64,000 nt of DNA from Macrostomum lignano. Its lineage: Eukaryota. The translations under genes and the position numbers were made by a program. The stretch lies in the NCBI GenBank assembly GCA_002269645.1, contig NIVC01000244.1, forward strand, positions 13,223 through 77,222, given 5' to 3'. This document shows positions 32,701-52,616 of the stretch, in pieces; position 1 is the first letter of the stretch, and the number at the start of each line of letters is the position of its first letter. Under the pieces are notes generated by a model, which worked only from the letters and a program-made list of their open reading frames with translations, was not told where the DNA came from and searched no databases.

Positions 32701-34157
32701 AAGGTCACACCGGTGACCCTAGACAATACGGTCACAATGCAAGGTCACACCGGTGACCATAGACAATACGGTCACAATGCAAGGTCACACCGGTGACCCT
32801 AGACAATACGGTCACAATGCAAGGTCACCCCGGTGACCATAGACAATACGGTCACAATGCAAGGTCACACCGGTGACCATAGACAATACGGTCACAATGC
32901 AAGGTCACACCGATGACCCTAGACAATACGGTCACAATGCAAGGTCACACCGATGACCCTAGACAATACGGTCACAATGCAAGGTCACACCGGTGACCCT
33001 AGACCCTAGACTCGCGGTCACAGGCCTAGGTACAGTTAAGTACTACTCTAACTAGCCCAACCCAACCCAGCCAGCAGACTCACTGTTGGAATGACACGCC
33101 CAACAAAGAGTTGCCATTGATTTCCACAATTCGATCGCCCGGTCTCAATCGGCCGTCCTTGGCAGCCGAACCGCCGGCACCCAGGGCCTGAATTTCTAGG
33201 CCTGCAGTTCGTTGACTGCGATCTAAAAACGGTTTTGTTGTCATGCCGACCGCATTCCTAGCAGCGCCGGCCGATGCCCGGTCAATAGAGATGCGAATCA
33301 GATAACTGGCCGACTCAAACTCTTGAGCATCGTCCGATTCGAGTTCAGCCTCGCCAGGGGGAGAATCGTATCGCTCAGCCTCGCCGTCCGACTCGGGCAG
33401 TGTAGGCAGAAAATCCGCAGGCGGAGGCGGCAGAAGAGACGGATGATGCAGCTGATGCTGCTGCTGAAACTCCGTCAGAAGCAGATCGTCTGTGCCATCA
33501 GCTGTAGACGCCTCGGACGATGCTGGCCGCGTCTGGGCGATGAGCTGCACAGGAAATATTGATTTAAGTCATTCAGGGAGACTGCACTTTATCAATGGGA
33601 GATTGCACTTTTTCTATGGGAGATTGCACTTTCTCTATGAGAGATTGCAATTTCTCTATGGGAGATTGCACTTTCTCTATGAGAGATTGCACTTTCTCTA
33701 TGAGAGATTGCACTTTCTCTATGGGAGATTGCACTTTCTCTATGAGAGATTGCACTTTCTCTATGAGAGATTGCACTTTCTCTATGGGAGATTGCACTTT
33801 CTCTATGAGAGATTGCACTACGCTGTTGACCCAACTCACCATTTCTCGATCGTCCAGAACATCGGCAACCCGGTCGTCCCAGTCAAGAATTCCGCCATCC
33901 CTGGCCAGAGTCACGCAGGTGACGGTAAACGGCGGCTCAGCCAAGGTGGCGGCGGTGCCATCGCCAGCATCAGTCGGTGGTGCGGTGGCTACCCCGGCAG
34001 CTGGAGAAGAGGTCGAGTTTGATGATGAAGACGCCGCCGCCGCGGCAGCTGATCTGAATCGACTGGTTGCCTTGGCAACCAGATCGCGTATGGTGATCTC
34101 GCCGGCGCCGCATGGCACCACCAGCTTTGTGGAACCGAAGCTCACCGTCACTTTCAT
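8231..34157 (-). CDS. par-3: Partitioning defective 3 (Par-3/Bazooka) polarity scaffold, 9 coding exons: 33840-34157, 33084-33544, 31327-32170, 15438-15731, 14581-15069, 11882-~12204, 10726-10886, 9693-10161, 8231-8750
   Basis: The N-terminus MKVTVSFGSTKLVVPCG...DGGILDWDDRVADVLDD matches the Par-3 oligomerisation domain. Three PDZ domains: PDZ1 GLEIQALGAGGSAAKDGRLRPGDRIVEING, PDZ2 IRKSADGLGFSVTAK...[30 protein letters not shown], PDZ3 LGVSVK...GVFVKSVISGGAAYK|DGRLRENDQLLSVNG. KRRSCSLDELL resembles the 14-3-3 site and KRGFLRGLFK|LRR resembles the polybasic motif. All junctions are GT-AG with matching phases. The exon 6 acceptor and exon 7 donor are weak and less certain. Confidence 0.93.
8850..9592. 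repeat. 14-bp minisatellite (GAAGACACATCCCT / GAAGACACATTCTT), par-3 intron 8
   Basis: Directly visible. Confidence 0.95.
9693..10161 (-). CDS. par-3: par-3 exon 8
   Basis: Acceptor TTTTACAG|CA; donor AA|GTGAG; ends in GGKRGFLRGLFK. Confidence 0.8.
10459..10711 (-). repeat. Four spaced copies (about 70-76 bp period) of a tRNA T-arm/B-box-like motif (GGTCCTAGGTTCGAGTCCC)
   Basis: GGACTCGAACCTAGGACCACCGAC at about 10461, 10539 and 10615, and a variant at 10683. Confidence 0.8.
10726..10886 (-). CDS. par-3: par-3 exon 7
   Basis: Acceptor CCCCGCAG|C (phase 2 matches); the donor G|GTGCAG is weak but phase-compatible with exon 8. Confidence 0.55.
10935..11790. repeat. Compound minisatellite: 60-bp higher-order units, then 21-bp units (GGGATACCTAAATACCGGTTG)
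   Basis: Directly visible. Confidence 0.95.
11882..12204 (-). CDS. par-3: par-3 exon 6 (poly-Ala, RRSCSLDELL motif); 5' boundary uncertain
   Basis: Donor GA|GTAAG. The in-frame acceptor GTGACAG|CCC at 12204 is weak; the stronger acceptor at 12220 leads to stops in all three frames. Confidence 0.6.
13000..13812. repeat. 43-46-bp minisatellite (CCGTTGCTATGCTGTATCCATGGTCACACACTTGGATAAAGCTA)
   Basis: Directly visible. Confidence 0.95.
14581..15069 (-). CDS. par-3: par-3 exon 5 (second half of PDZ3, Q/P-rich region)
   Basis: Acceptor TTGTACAG|GATGGC; donor CCA|GTGAGT. Confidence 0.9.
15100..15395. repeat. 48-bp minisatellite filling most of par-3 intron 4
   Basis: GAGGTCATGACCCCGCTGACCCCAGTGTCTGTCAGATACTGCCAGTCT, about 6 copies. 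Confidence 0.92.
15438..15731 (-). CDS. par-3: par-3 exon 4 (first half of PDZ3)
   Basis: Acceptor CATTCAG|CAT; open frame; donor AAG|GTTCGT, phase 0. Confidence 0.85.
15735..16076. repeat. Imperfect (GACT/GCCT)n microsatellite abutting the exon 4 acceptor
   Basis: Directly visible. Confidence 0.95.
16480..16935. repeat. 21/24-bp minisatellite (CCGCATCTGTCACTCACTACTTCA)
   Basis: Directly visible. Confidence 0.94.
18735..19330. repeat. 16/20-bp minisatellite (GTGGGTGGTTTCCTAAGAGA)
   Basis: Directly visible. Confidence 0.94.
19885..20575. repeat. 25-bp minisatellite (TATCCAGTCTATGCAGCTGGCGCCT)
   Basis: Directly visible. Confidence 0.95.
22011..22167 (+). mobile_element. tRNA-derived SINE family A, partial (5' part) diverged copy
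   Basis: Reverse-complement match to the copies at 43070-43434 and 55242-55614 (e.g. GGCTTGGCTCTGCTCGTGCAATTAACGGCCTTGAG); A-box-like TAGCCCAGTTG and B-box-like GGCTCGATTCC. Confidence 0.85.
22690..23185. repeat. 120-bp tandem repeat (about 4 copies) in the left subterminal region of the TIR element
   Basis: GACTTGAGTCGGAA recurs at 22811, 22931, 23051 and 23171. Confidence 0.93.
23334..26008. repeat. About 430-bp direct repeats (23334-23765 and 25579-26008) enclosing a 58-bp tandem array
   Basis: Near-identical sequence from GCGAGGGG(G)TAATAAAGCCTCG to ATCACGT in both copies. Confidence 0.92.
23809..25582. repeat. 58-bp tandem array, 30 full copies plus 1 partial, almost perfectly homogeneous
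   Basis: Unit TGTGGCTCAAGGCAGCTGATAAGCTGACCTGCGATGGATAATCAATCCTCGCTTCTGT; (25549-23809)/58 = 30; only about 3 substitutions seen. Confidence 0.97.
26070..26677 (+). CDS. Putative spliced cargo/accessory gene of the TIR element (coiled-coil-like protein); exons ~26070-26208 and 26325-~26630 or beyond
   Basis: Two consecutive plus-strand ORFs are joined in frame by donor T|GTAAGT (26209) and acceptor TAATAG|GC (26324), giving ...AEDELCHQLSGVREKLSEAQAENRQMKAEVLRLE...; start and end not resolved. Confidence 0.5.
27235..27960. repeat. 31/42-bp tandem subterminal repeats (GTGTGCTGATCCGGTTCACTCGCCCGGAATT...) in the right arm of the TIR element
   Basis: Directly visible. Confidence 0.93.
28517..28764 (-). 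mobile_element. tRNA-derived SINE family B with a CORE-like central domain
   Basis: Reverse complement aligns with 42019-42258; head GGGGTTGTAACCTAGTGGTTAGAGC...GGTTCGATTCTC has A and B boxes. Confidence 0.88.
28790..29540. repeat. 21-bp minisatellite (CCCTTAGACTATCCGTAGATA/G)
   Basis: Directly visible. Confidence 0.95.
30105..30550. repeat. 46-bp minisatellite (GTCCTACGAGTACTTGAGTAGTTCTTGTGTAAAACACGCATCATCT)
   Basis: Directly visible, about 9-10 copies. Confidence 0.94.
31327..32170 (-). CDS. par-3: par-3 exon 3 (end of PDZ1, Pro-rich linker, PDZ2)
   Basis: Acceptor CCAACAG|A completes the phase-2 codon, giving SFQQAQELLREA; donor GAG|GTTAGT. Confidence 0.9.
32270..33000. repeat. 40-bp minisatellite filling most of par-3 intron 2
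   Basis: AGACAATACGGTCACAATGCAAGGTCACACCGGTGACCAT, about 18 copies. Confidence 0.96.
33084..33544 (-). CDS. par-3: par-3 exon 2 (end of N-terminal domain, most of PDZ1)
   Basis: Acceptor TGTGCAG|CTCATC; donor CA|GTGAGT, phase 2. Confidence 0.9.
33585..33815. repeat. 21-bp minisatellite filling most of par-3 intron 1
   Basis: GAGATTGCACTTTCTCTATG(A/G), about 11 copies. Confidence 0.95.
33840..34157 (-). CDS. par-3: par-3 exon 1 (N-terminal oligomerisation domain)
   Basis: ATG at 34157; donor ATG|GTGAGT, phase 0. Confidence 0.93.
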
Positions 34158-35828
34158 TGATTGCTGCAGAATCTGCTGCCGCTTCTGCGTTTGCTCTTCT
34201 CCAAGTCTGCAAGCAACCGCAGCTCCGTGAGCATCCCAAGAGTTTGATCTGGAGAATTTGTGCTCAGATCTGCAATTATGGCAGTGAAAAAATCATATAA
34301 CTGAACGTTGAACTTGTTGTTGCTTAGGAAACTATAAATTAAATATTAAACTAAATTTGAATTTGGCAACTGCCATGAAAAATTGTACTTAGCCTCTGAT
34401 ACCAGATTGGTCAAACCAAGGTTTCATTAGCGATTTAAATTTCTACACATAGAAGAATAGATACAAGAGACACATACAAACAACTCATTTTAAGTATATG
34501 GATTTAATATTTTTCATTTTAATATATATATGGGAAAATTTAAGATTTACCAATCATTTTTTTTTGTTTGGGATTTTCACTGAATTGTTTTAAACAGCAA
34601 GGAGATTGTATATACCTTAGCATACTTCAAACATCATTGTTACACAACTGGCAAAAGGCATTACTATATATTCTACTAACTCCCTTGAGTAGGCACACAC
34701 AAAGGAATGTATAGCAACCTTCACTATATTTTTAAGGCATATACAAGTCTTGGGAGTTGTATTTCTTAGCTTTTATAGCTAAGCTAACTTGGCTTTCAAA
34801 GGCATTAATTATAACTAATTAATAACTAATTAATATAAGCAATTAGACCTAAGCCAAAATTCCAATTTAGCTTCAAAAGTAATTTGATTGCACTTTGAAT
34901 TGAGCCAAGGCTACTAGCACATAAGAGGCATGCTAGAGCACTAGGTTACTAGCCACTTTTGATGTTGTCATGCTTAGTCTCTAGTTTCTAGCATAAATTG
35001 CTAGGTAGTTATAAAATTTATGACAATATATCAATTAGGATTTTATTAACAAAAAAAGTTAATGCATAAAGATTTGATGTTAACAACAATGAATATTTTC
35101 ACTTAACAACTAGTATTTTACTTAGCAAAAATCCTATTTTAATGAGAAGTATACTTTTTGCAAAAAAATTAATAAATAAATACCTAAAGCACCTTTTGCA
35201 GAAAACACGCTTTTAATCAAGTAGCATTATTGTCAAATTAAATATTACTTATTGCCAAAAAGAAAAATTTCATTAAGTGGGAAATCACTTAAAGTGACAA
35301 ATAACCATTCAACATTATATTTTAAGAAATTTATATTAATAATAAACCTTTACAATTAGAAGTATAAAAAACCTAATTATAATCCTTAAATCATAGGATT
35401 ATAGAATATAAGTTTAAATCCTAAACCCAAGGCCAAAGTTTTTACTGAATTTAACTTATATATATTTATTATTAAAAATAATATAATGCAAAAACATTAA
35501 AAATATCAATATTAAATTAAAAAATATCATTTTAAATTTGAGTAATAAGGATTAATAAATTACTTAACAAGAATAATATAGATAAGCTATTTTCTAGGGT
35601 TTATAAGTCATTGTAAATATGATTGTAAGCAAAACTTTAATTTTATTTTAATTATTATGCTATTATTTACTTGTCTTTATTGATTTATACTATTATTAAA
35701 ATAATTTTGTTTTATTTTATTTAGCTTAACAATTCAATATAAAAATATTGATATAGTTATAGCTATAAGTCTATAAAAAAGCATTAAACTTTTATATTTC
35801 TTTAGCCATTGGGCATAGGATACTAGTT

Positions 35829-36480
35829 GTTTTGGTGACAAGTCATTTTGGTGACAGACATTTTGGTGACAAATAGTCATTTTGGTGACAAGTTGCTTTT
35901 GTAATAGACCACTTCATTTTTGATGAAAAAATAAAGATTTTAAGAGTATATTTATTTTAGTGATAACAGGTGCTTTATAATATTAGCTTGAAGTTATATT
36001 GTTAAGATTTATGCTTTGTATATATATTTAAATTTTTTGCCAAAAGATTAATATTTTAAGAAAAGAAATCAAACCAATTAGATTGTTTTATTTTTGAGCA
36101 GATTGTTTTAAATTGTCTTAGAATATTTAGACATAAACTATACTATAAACCTATAAATCCTTATGAAATGTCAACCATAAGAAAAGCAGAGATATTCACT
36201 GGACACTGTATTATTTGGATTGGAAAACATAAATTCAAAAGATTGCAACCCTGTAATTGTAAATAAACAAAATTAAATAAAGCAATATTTAACCATTTCA
36301 AAAAATTTTTACATTTTTAGGTTTAATATCCCTTAAGATTTGCAAGGTTATTTTCTATTTAAAAACAGAATGGCTATCACTAAAAGGGTATTTTTCTTGT
36401 CACCAAAATGACAATTGCTTGTCACCAAAATGACAATTGCTTGTTACCAAAAAGACTATCACCAAAATGTCACCAAAATC
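35829..36480. mobile_element. MITE-like element with multimerised inverted terminal motifs (TTTTGGTGACA / TGTCACCAAAA)
   Basis: 4 copies at 35829-35892 and about 5 inverted copies at 36397-36480 flank an AT-rich core; TSD not resolved. Confidence 0.6.
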
Positions 36481-39400
36481 TAGGGGCCGGGCTACTAGGG
36501 CATAGTTATATTATATAATTACAAATATAAGTCATAAAAATAGTTATTTATATTCATAGTAAATATATCTCTAACTACTATATCTTGTCTATACTATTAT
36601 TATATACCATTTTACTAGCTCCAAAATCAAAATATTTAAACTTAACTTAGAATTTAAATGTACATTATATGGAGAAAATAGACCTAGCCTAACATTTATT
36701 GCACATTATTGTAGTAGAATAGTACACTTTTTAGCATCTATTATGGATTTTACATTCATTCTCAGTTGAATTTAACTAAGAAGTGTAACCTAGGTTTAAA
36801 TTTGGCACCAGAAATGCAGTGACATGTCTGCTCAGGAGTCAGGACCAGGTGACATTTGAGTCAAAAATTAAATAATAATATTTTAGGGTCAGTTGTAGGC
36901 CTTTACCTGTCAGTCCAGCTATATACAGCACTTATAGTCATACATCAACGATCAGTGTCTTTTTCCTTAAAGCCGCTATACGGTATCTATCTATATCTAG
37001 GCTATAGGCCATATGCCTATATGATATGATAGTGGGCTGGAGATTATTACTTACGTATGTATATGGAGAAGAAAAATTTACTTAAAAATGATTTTTATCG
37101 GGTAAAGGTATCACATTACGCCTCTTTATTCACTCTTAGAGTCTTAGATGATTCACTTATGTGATTATGTCTTGCATAGTCGTTGGAAGATCATAGTTTT
37201 GTTGATGTTTTCTGTGAAAACCGTATTTTAAAAAGTTTTAAATAACTAAAAAACAAAAGATAAGCACAATAGTAGCTTTTAGTTAAAGTTAAGAATTCTT
37301 GAATGCTTAAGCCTTTTCGTTATCATTTTATGTCAAAATTAGTTTTGCAGTTGAGCCGTATAAATTCGTAACAAAAGAAATAAAATTAAAATATCAAATC
37401 AATGCATGCAAAATTTGTTGAATTTATAGTAGGCGCTTTACTACGCACATAATATTAACACACATGCAAAAAAGTTTGAATTTCAAGTAATTGACTTTAG
37501 ATGGCTACTGAAACTACTCGTATTCAAGGACGCTATTTTGAAGTGACATTTATACTAGTGCAGTTCTACTACATGTACTTACATGTATTTAGGCGATAAC
37601 GTATACTCAGTGGTGTGGTCCTGAACCGCCATTGGGCGTAGCCAAAGAGGGTCATGGGGTTCATAGCCCACAGAGACCCGACTATTGAAATTTAGAATAT
37701 TGCTTTTTTAATTGTCAGCAAAATTAAATTAAGGTGATCATCGATACACGAAGAACACACGACTTAAAAGCTATAAACCCCTCGCCTAGCCTGTGGCGCT
37801 AAGTCATTTTATTCAGTGATTCTTGCCTCACTGAAAAATACCCTGGAGCTTGATTATGTCACAGTGACATTGACTATGAGGAGTGCTATGACTGATCTTG
37901 GCTCGCGATCCCTCAGATAAAAATCCGGGTTATGCTATTGTTGACCGAATGGGACCGCGGTACATGTACGTTGTTCACCACGCGCGACTGTCTATCTATA
38001 TCCAACCACGTGATCCCTGAATTATGACTTCATCATCCATTTCATAATGTATAATGCATATACATGTATAGGTAAGGCGATAAGAGAGCCCTGCAGATCA
38101 GTCGACTATTATACAATTGTGAACAGTACATTACATGTATACGATTAATTTACATGGATACCTAAGCGTAAATACACGTGTATACATTGTGACGGGGCTG
38201 CGTTAAAACACATGTGTATAAACACATGGGCTATGGCGCTGAAAATTAATTATACAGTCCCGAGCAGCTTTTTTACGTAACACGGTGGTCCTGGACGTAT
38301 CATTTTACGTATCACATATTTACATGTAAGTCGCTATTGGCTGGGAGCAGTCACGTGACTTACATGTGTGTTGCCAATAGAAACGGCCGGGGGAATCCCT
38401 AGGTTGCGCATGTATGCTTTGTACCATGCGATACCTCGCGGTTTGCAGTTAAGCCGAATAAATTCGTAACAAAAAATGAAAGCAATTAAAATATCAAATC
38501 GATGCATGCAAAGTTTGTTGAATTTTTTTAGTATAGGCGCTCTACTACACACAGTGACTCAATATTAAAAGCTATGTATATGCAGAATAAGTTTGAATTT
38601 CAAGTACTTGACTTGAGATGGCTATTGAAACTATTCAAGGACGCTTTTGATGAAGTGACATAGAGAAGGCCGGTTGAATCGAACCCTAGGTTGCGCCCAA
38701 GCATGGTACAAAACAACAAAAATCGGCACGAATTGTAAATTAGACATTACCCCCCCCGTTCGGAAACAAGCAGGGTTGTGGGGTGACTATATCTACTCGT
38801 ATTGCGAGACAGTGAATTGAGCGCTAGGACTCAGTTACTGTTCTTGCCTTGAATGGGTCGTGATGGATCCATGCACAGTTGAAAAACAACAGCAAAAACA
38901 GTCACTACATGTACCTCGGTATTTGGCCTTCTGTATTCGCTGTGAATAACAATAACAACAGCAATATAAAAGCAACAACAAAAAATGACAACGACAGCTG
39001 CCCGCAATCGAAAGAGACCAAGCGCAACATTGACACACGTATAGACACAGCCCTGACTACAAACCTCTTCTTTCATTAGACTTCCATTTAAGACACGAGA
39101 CGTGTAGGTATTTAGTAATACGGTTTCAATTTGCCTCAATGTAATGACTGGTTAGAAATCCCTTATTTGTTCTTGCACAACTGTTATGGAAAACTTTACG
39201 AGGGGTGCATTTAAAACCGAATTTTTTATTCTTAGACAATGATGCAAGTGAGAACTACTTTCTAGGAAATGCAGGACAGGATTACCGTTCGCCTCAACCC
39301 AAGTCAGCTCAAATGATTACAGTGTTACATATTTGCTGAAAGTAACAAAGTAACAGCGGAGTCTTGGCTGTACTACCTATGGCCAGTAGCCTTTCAAGGT

Positions 39401-39619
39401 CAGATAAACTCGTTATTAACCATGCGGCAAAAAAGCAGAAAAGGCCGAAATCAGAAGTCATAATAGGCACCTATTGCTTGAATTATTCCTACTAGAGCTT
39501 TAAATGATTAATTACTGTAAAAGGTTTACGAATATTTATTTTAATGGATCAATATACATTGGTAGTAAATAGAATAGAATAGAAGAATAGAGAAGACGCA
39601 TAGGGTTACAGAATTCTCA

Positions 39620-40150
39620 GAGGGGCATAGAGCAGTGTCACTCGGGGTCAGGTCAAGGTCGCTGAGTCTGTATAAGCGAGGCAGCACGGCCTTGGCCACG
39701 TCAAGCCGCTCTCGCGATGGGTGAAGCAGCGCCATCGCGAGGGGGTTGGCTTCACCGCGACCGTGCCGTCGCAGAACGTGGCCGGCGAGGGTTTGTCGCC
39801 GCCGCCGCAGGATAACGCTGAGAGGCGGAAGGCCGGTGCGCCGGTCGAGATCGCGGTTCGAGATGGTCTCGGAGAATCGGATGCCGAGTGTGTAGCGGAG
39901 AAGCGCCCGGTAGATGCCGTTTAGTGCGTTTTCCCGCGTTTTCCCGGGTGGTGGTCACCGGTATGGTTTCCAGTCCGTAGAGCAGGATCGGTTCGACTAT
40001 GGCGCGGAAAAGCTTGATCTTTGCACGCCAGGCTTGTGCTTTTAGGTCCGTTATGATATCTTCAGGATTCAGGATCAAGATCAGCGCGCCCAAGTAGCGG
40101 AAGTCTTGGCAGGTTGAGATCGTTTCGCCGCTCGGAAGGCTCAGCTCGGT
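39620..40150 (-). pseudogene. Non-LTR retrotransposon (RTE-like) remnant: reverse transcriptase C-terminal region with frameshifts
   Basis: Translations QDFRYLGA, KIKLFRAIVEPILLYGLETI and YRALLRYTLGIRFSETISNRDLDRRTGLPPLSVILRRRRQTLAGHVLR are typical of the LINE ORF2 end. Confidence 0.8.
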
Positions 40151-41145
40151 AGTAAATACAGCTTGTACATGTATAGTGTATACAAGGACCACTGAAGTCC
40201 TAAGTAGTCCTTGAGTGTATACCGGTATTGTATCAGAAATCCATGTAATATTGCGCTAAATATATCGCAAAATTTAATTGCCAGATTTGTTATAATCTAT
40301 GCGGAATTTCTCAGATGACCAGCAGCTCAAGGGTACATGTAGAGTGCTCAGATGGTCAAGTGTTGAGGAATTAGGAGCGGGAGATGTATTTTGAATTAAT
40401 CAGCAAGGTCGATTTACAAAAGGCCGGTACGCCCGGATAATAAAAAATATGTTATTGCATAGCAGCGAAAAAGATTTTTGTTTGTTTCCAGCAAACCATA
40501 ATCCTGCAACCCGTGCATCACGGAATCCAGGAATTCTTGTTCTACAATTTAAGATATACATGTAAGGATAATACCCATATAGGCTCGATTCAGGTGTGAC
40601 GTGTGATTAGCAATACCTAGATTTGGGATGGCACTCTTGGAGAATTGTTACCTATTGCGCTGATGAAAGACAATTTCTTTGTAAAACTATTCAGCAGTTC
40701 TGGTTCCGATGTCCACGAGGATCTTGCAGTGCATTGTGGACTCGCTCAAACAGCAAGTTGACGCAGGCCTGCTGTTCGCTGCATGTCTTCCAGATCGGCG
40801 ACGAGCGAGTTTCCAACGCGACACTGCATCGCCTTGGCCGTCCAGACTACCTATCGCTGGCCACTTCTTCTGCGCACGAGTCGTACTGCCTGATAGTCAG
40901 GCAGGAGGTGCAGCAGCTGACGCGACTCGTCGACTGCCAGATGGCAGATCTCAAACACGGCTTTGAGATAACAGAAAAGTAGCTCGTAGTGCCAGCTTCC
41001 CAGAGCAGAAAGCTCGAATCTTATTGGCCACTGCTTCACCCTTCCCGTGGAATGCGCTGAAGAGGATAAATACCAGACAGGAGCACAGGCTACGCAAGCT
41101 GCTTCCTTGATACAAAAGACGCCAGAACACATCGCCAGCAAAACT

Positions 41146-50352
<9,207 letters not shown>

Positions 50353-51979
50353 GCCTGCCCGGTCCGGCTGAGAGAGAGGGGGAGAGAGGACAGAAGGATC
50401 ACAGATACTGGGAATAACTGGATGGGCCATTCAGGCACATATACTTAGTAAAACAGCTTTCTACTTACAGTTCAGTAGCAAAGAAGAATACATAAGCTAT
50501 TTTATAAAAATAAAGGCAGCTGAAATGGCTTTGATAAGTTTAGAAGCCCAAGCTTGCAGGCGTAAACAACTTGCTAATTGGTCAGCAATAATGTACATTA
50601 GCCAGTCCACTGAAATGTACATGGCAGCTTTAGGCTGGAATTCCGAGAAAGGCAATAAAATTGGGGCGGGGCGGGGGAGGGGTAGTGCGGAAAGGCGCGG
50701 TTAGATGCTTTAAGCTGGGGGTAAAGCTAATAAATGAGCCTTGGCTTTAAAAATACATTAAAATGCTTCAGTTTAACTTACTACTGAACTGAAAGTAGCT
50801 TACACGCAAACGTGCTGAGTGGCCCATCTAGTTATTCTAGTACCTGTGGAAGGATAGAGGGAGGGAGAGGGAGAAAGGGGAGAGAGGGGAGAAAGGGGAG
50901 AGAGGGAGAGGCAAGACAGACAGAGCTGGCGAGAGAATGGGCGAGAGTTGACCACCAAATCAATTAATAACCGCGAATGAATAGGGAGAGAGATGGAGAA
51001 TACAGAGTTCGAGTGAAAGTTGCTAGGCTCATGGTGTTACTAAAAAACGAGATGGCTAGCCGCAGTGGCTTGAGAAAAACAGAAAATTAAGACCAAAATT
51101 ACCACTTAATAGAGCCAGAGAAAAACATTGAGAAGGACTCATGTTGGTTTCAAGCACTGCAAACAGCGTTTGCTAACTATATTTTATATTTTATAAGCAC
51201 GCTTTGATCAAAGTAGCATTGAGCACGAAGTACCACTACTAAAGCTTAATCAAGTTTTCAAGGAAGTTGATAAAAAACCAACGCAAGCTTACAAAGTTAA
51301 AGTCGAATATTACTGCTATACTGGTATAGTAGTATTAGTGGTAGATTTGCACTATTATTTAATATTTTATTTATCAAAATTCGCGCCTGCACTGCAATTT
51401 AGATGTTGTTTTCTCTACATGGTGACTGTTCTAAATACCCTCCAACTCTACTAGGTCGTATAAATAAAGTGACCAGTTGCTCAAACTCGAATAGAAACTC
51501 TTGTCTGCATCAAGGAGTTCTATAATTAGCACTCTGGAGTGGAAACGAGTTTTCACTTTTACCTCATAAGGCCAGGCAAATTGTTAAGAGAATTGGCATG
51601 GAGCCAGCACTGAATGTTTATGACTCTGGCTGACTCTGGCTATGCTATGTCTATGTCATAACTCAAATCACGATTGATTCAGCCGCTCAGATTGTTGATT
51701 AACAGCTCCGAGTTTGAACCAATTCTTTATTCAATCAAACCGATCTTGAGTTTTGCTCAAACTAAAGGGTTTTTACTCGAGTTCGAACTGTTCCTTTTAC
51801 TCAGAGTTTGATACGGCCTATTACTTTTTGAGTACATAATTTTAGAATCGACTGATTGTTAGAAACACTTCAATGAATAAGCGTAGTTCGCTAATTGTTG
51901 TGTCAGTGGCAAATTCCATACCGTAGCTGCAAATATCATGCGTCACACCCAGAACGAATATTTCTTATGCGTAAATATA

Positions 51980-52558
51980 GCATTTTGCAAGCTAGTAGAG
52001 ACTACGAGCAAGCAATTTAATTCAAGATAGCAAAAACACATGCATTTTGAGCCTCACTGCTAGTTGTCTATGGTAAAAAGTGTGTCAAACCGGCAGGCAC
52101 TTCAATCCTTGGAGCACTCACCTACAAGGAGGAGTTACATAATCACCTCCCAGCGATACAGCCTGTGCGAATTCTTGCCTGCGTGCCAAGTTGGCAATGC
52201 TTCTGTTGTTATCCCCTCCGTCGATAGCGTCGATTATCATTCTATGCTTTTCGTCGCTAATCTTAGCATACTGCACAGGTGGCGCTCCGGCATCTTCGGC
52301 AGCGATTCTGTCGATGTCTTCAAAAATGGTGCTGGCTTGGTCACTTTCGTCTGACATGTTGAAAAACTGAGAGTGGAACGGCATAGACAGCGCTGTTTAT
52401 GGATTTCAGTGCTTAAATGAGTGCTCCACGGATTGAATTGCCTGCCGGTTTGACACACTTTTTACCATAGACAACTAGCAGTGAGGCTCAAAATGCATGT
52501 GTTTTTGCTATCTTGGATTAAATTGCTTGCTCGTAGTCTCTACTAGCTTGCAAAGTAC
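51980..52558 (-). mobile_element. Internally deleted IS630/Tc1-like transposon (579 bp)
   Basis: About 120-bp TIRs (51980-52099 / 52439-52558) with TA on both flanks; the internal ORF 52118-52357 has an HTH-like N-terminus (YAKISDEKHRMIIDAIDGG) fused to ARRQEFAQ, paralleling segments of the transposase at 59765. Confidence 0.82.
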
Positions 52559-52616
52559 TATATTTTTTATAACTATTCTTTTTCATCCATCAGTTTGTTA
52601 TACACAATAGTACATT

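Noticed and set aside
40790-40982. Exon-like ORF (IGDERVSNATLHRLGRPDY...)
   Set aside because: Could be a LINE scrap or an orphan exon; no linked exons or diagnostic motif
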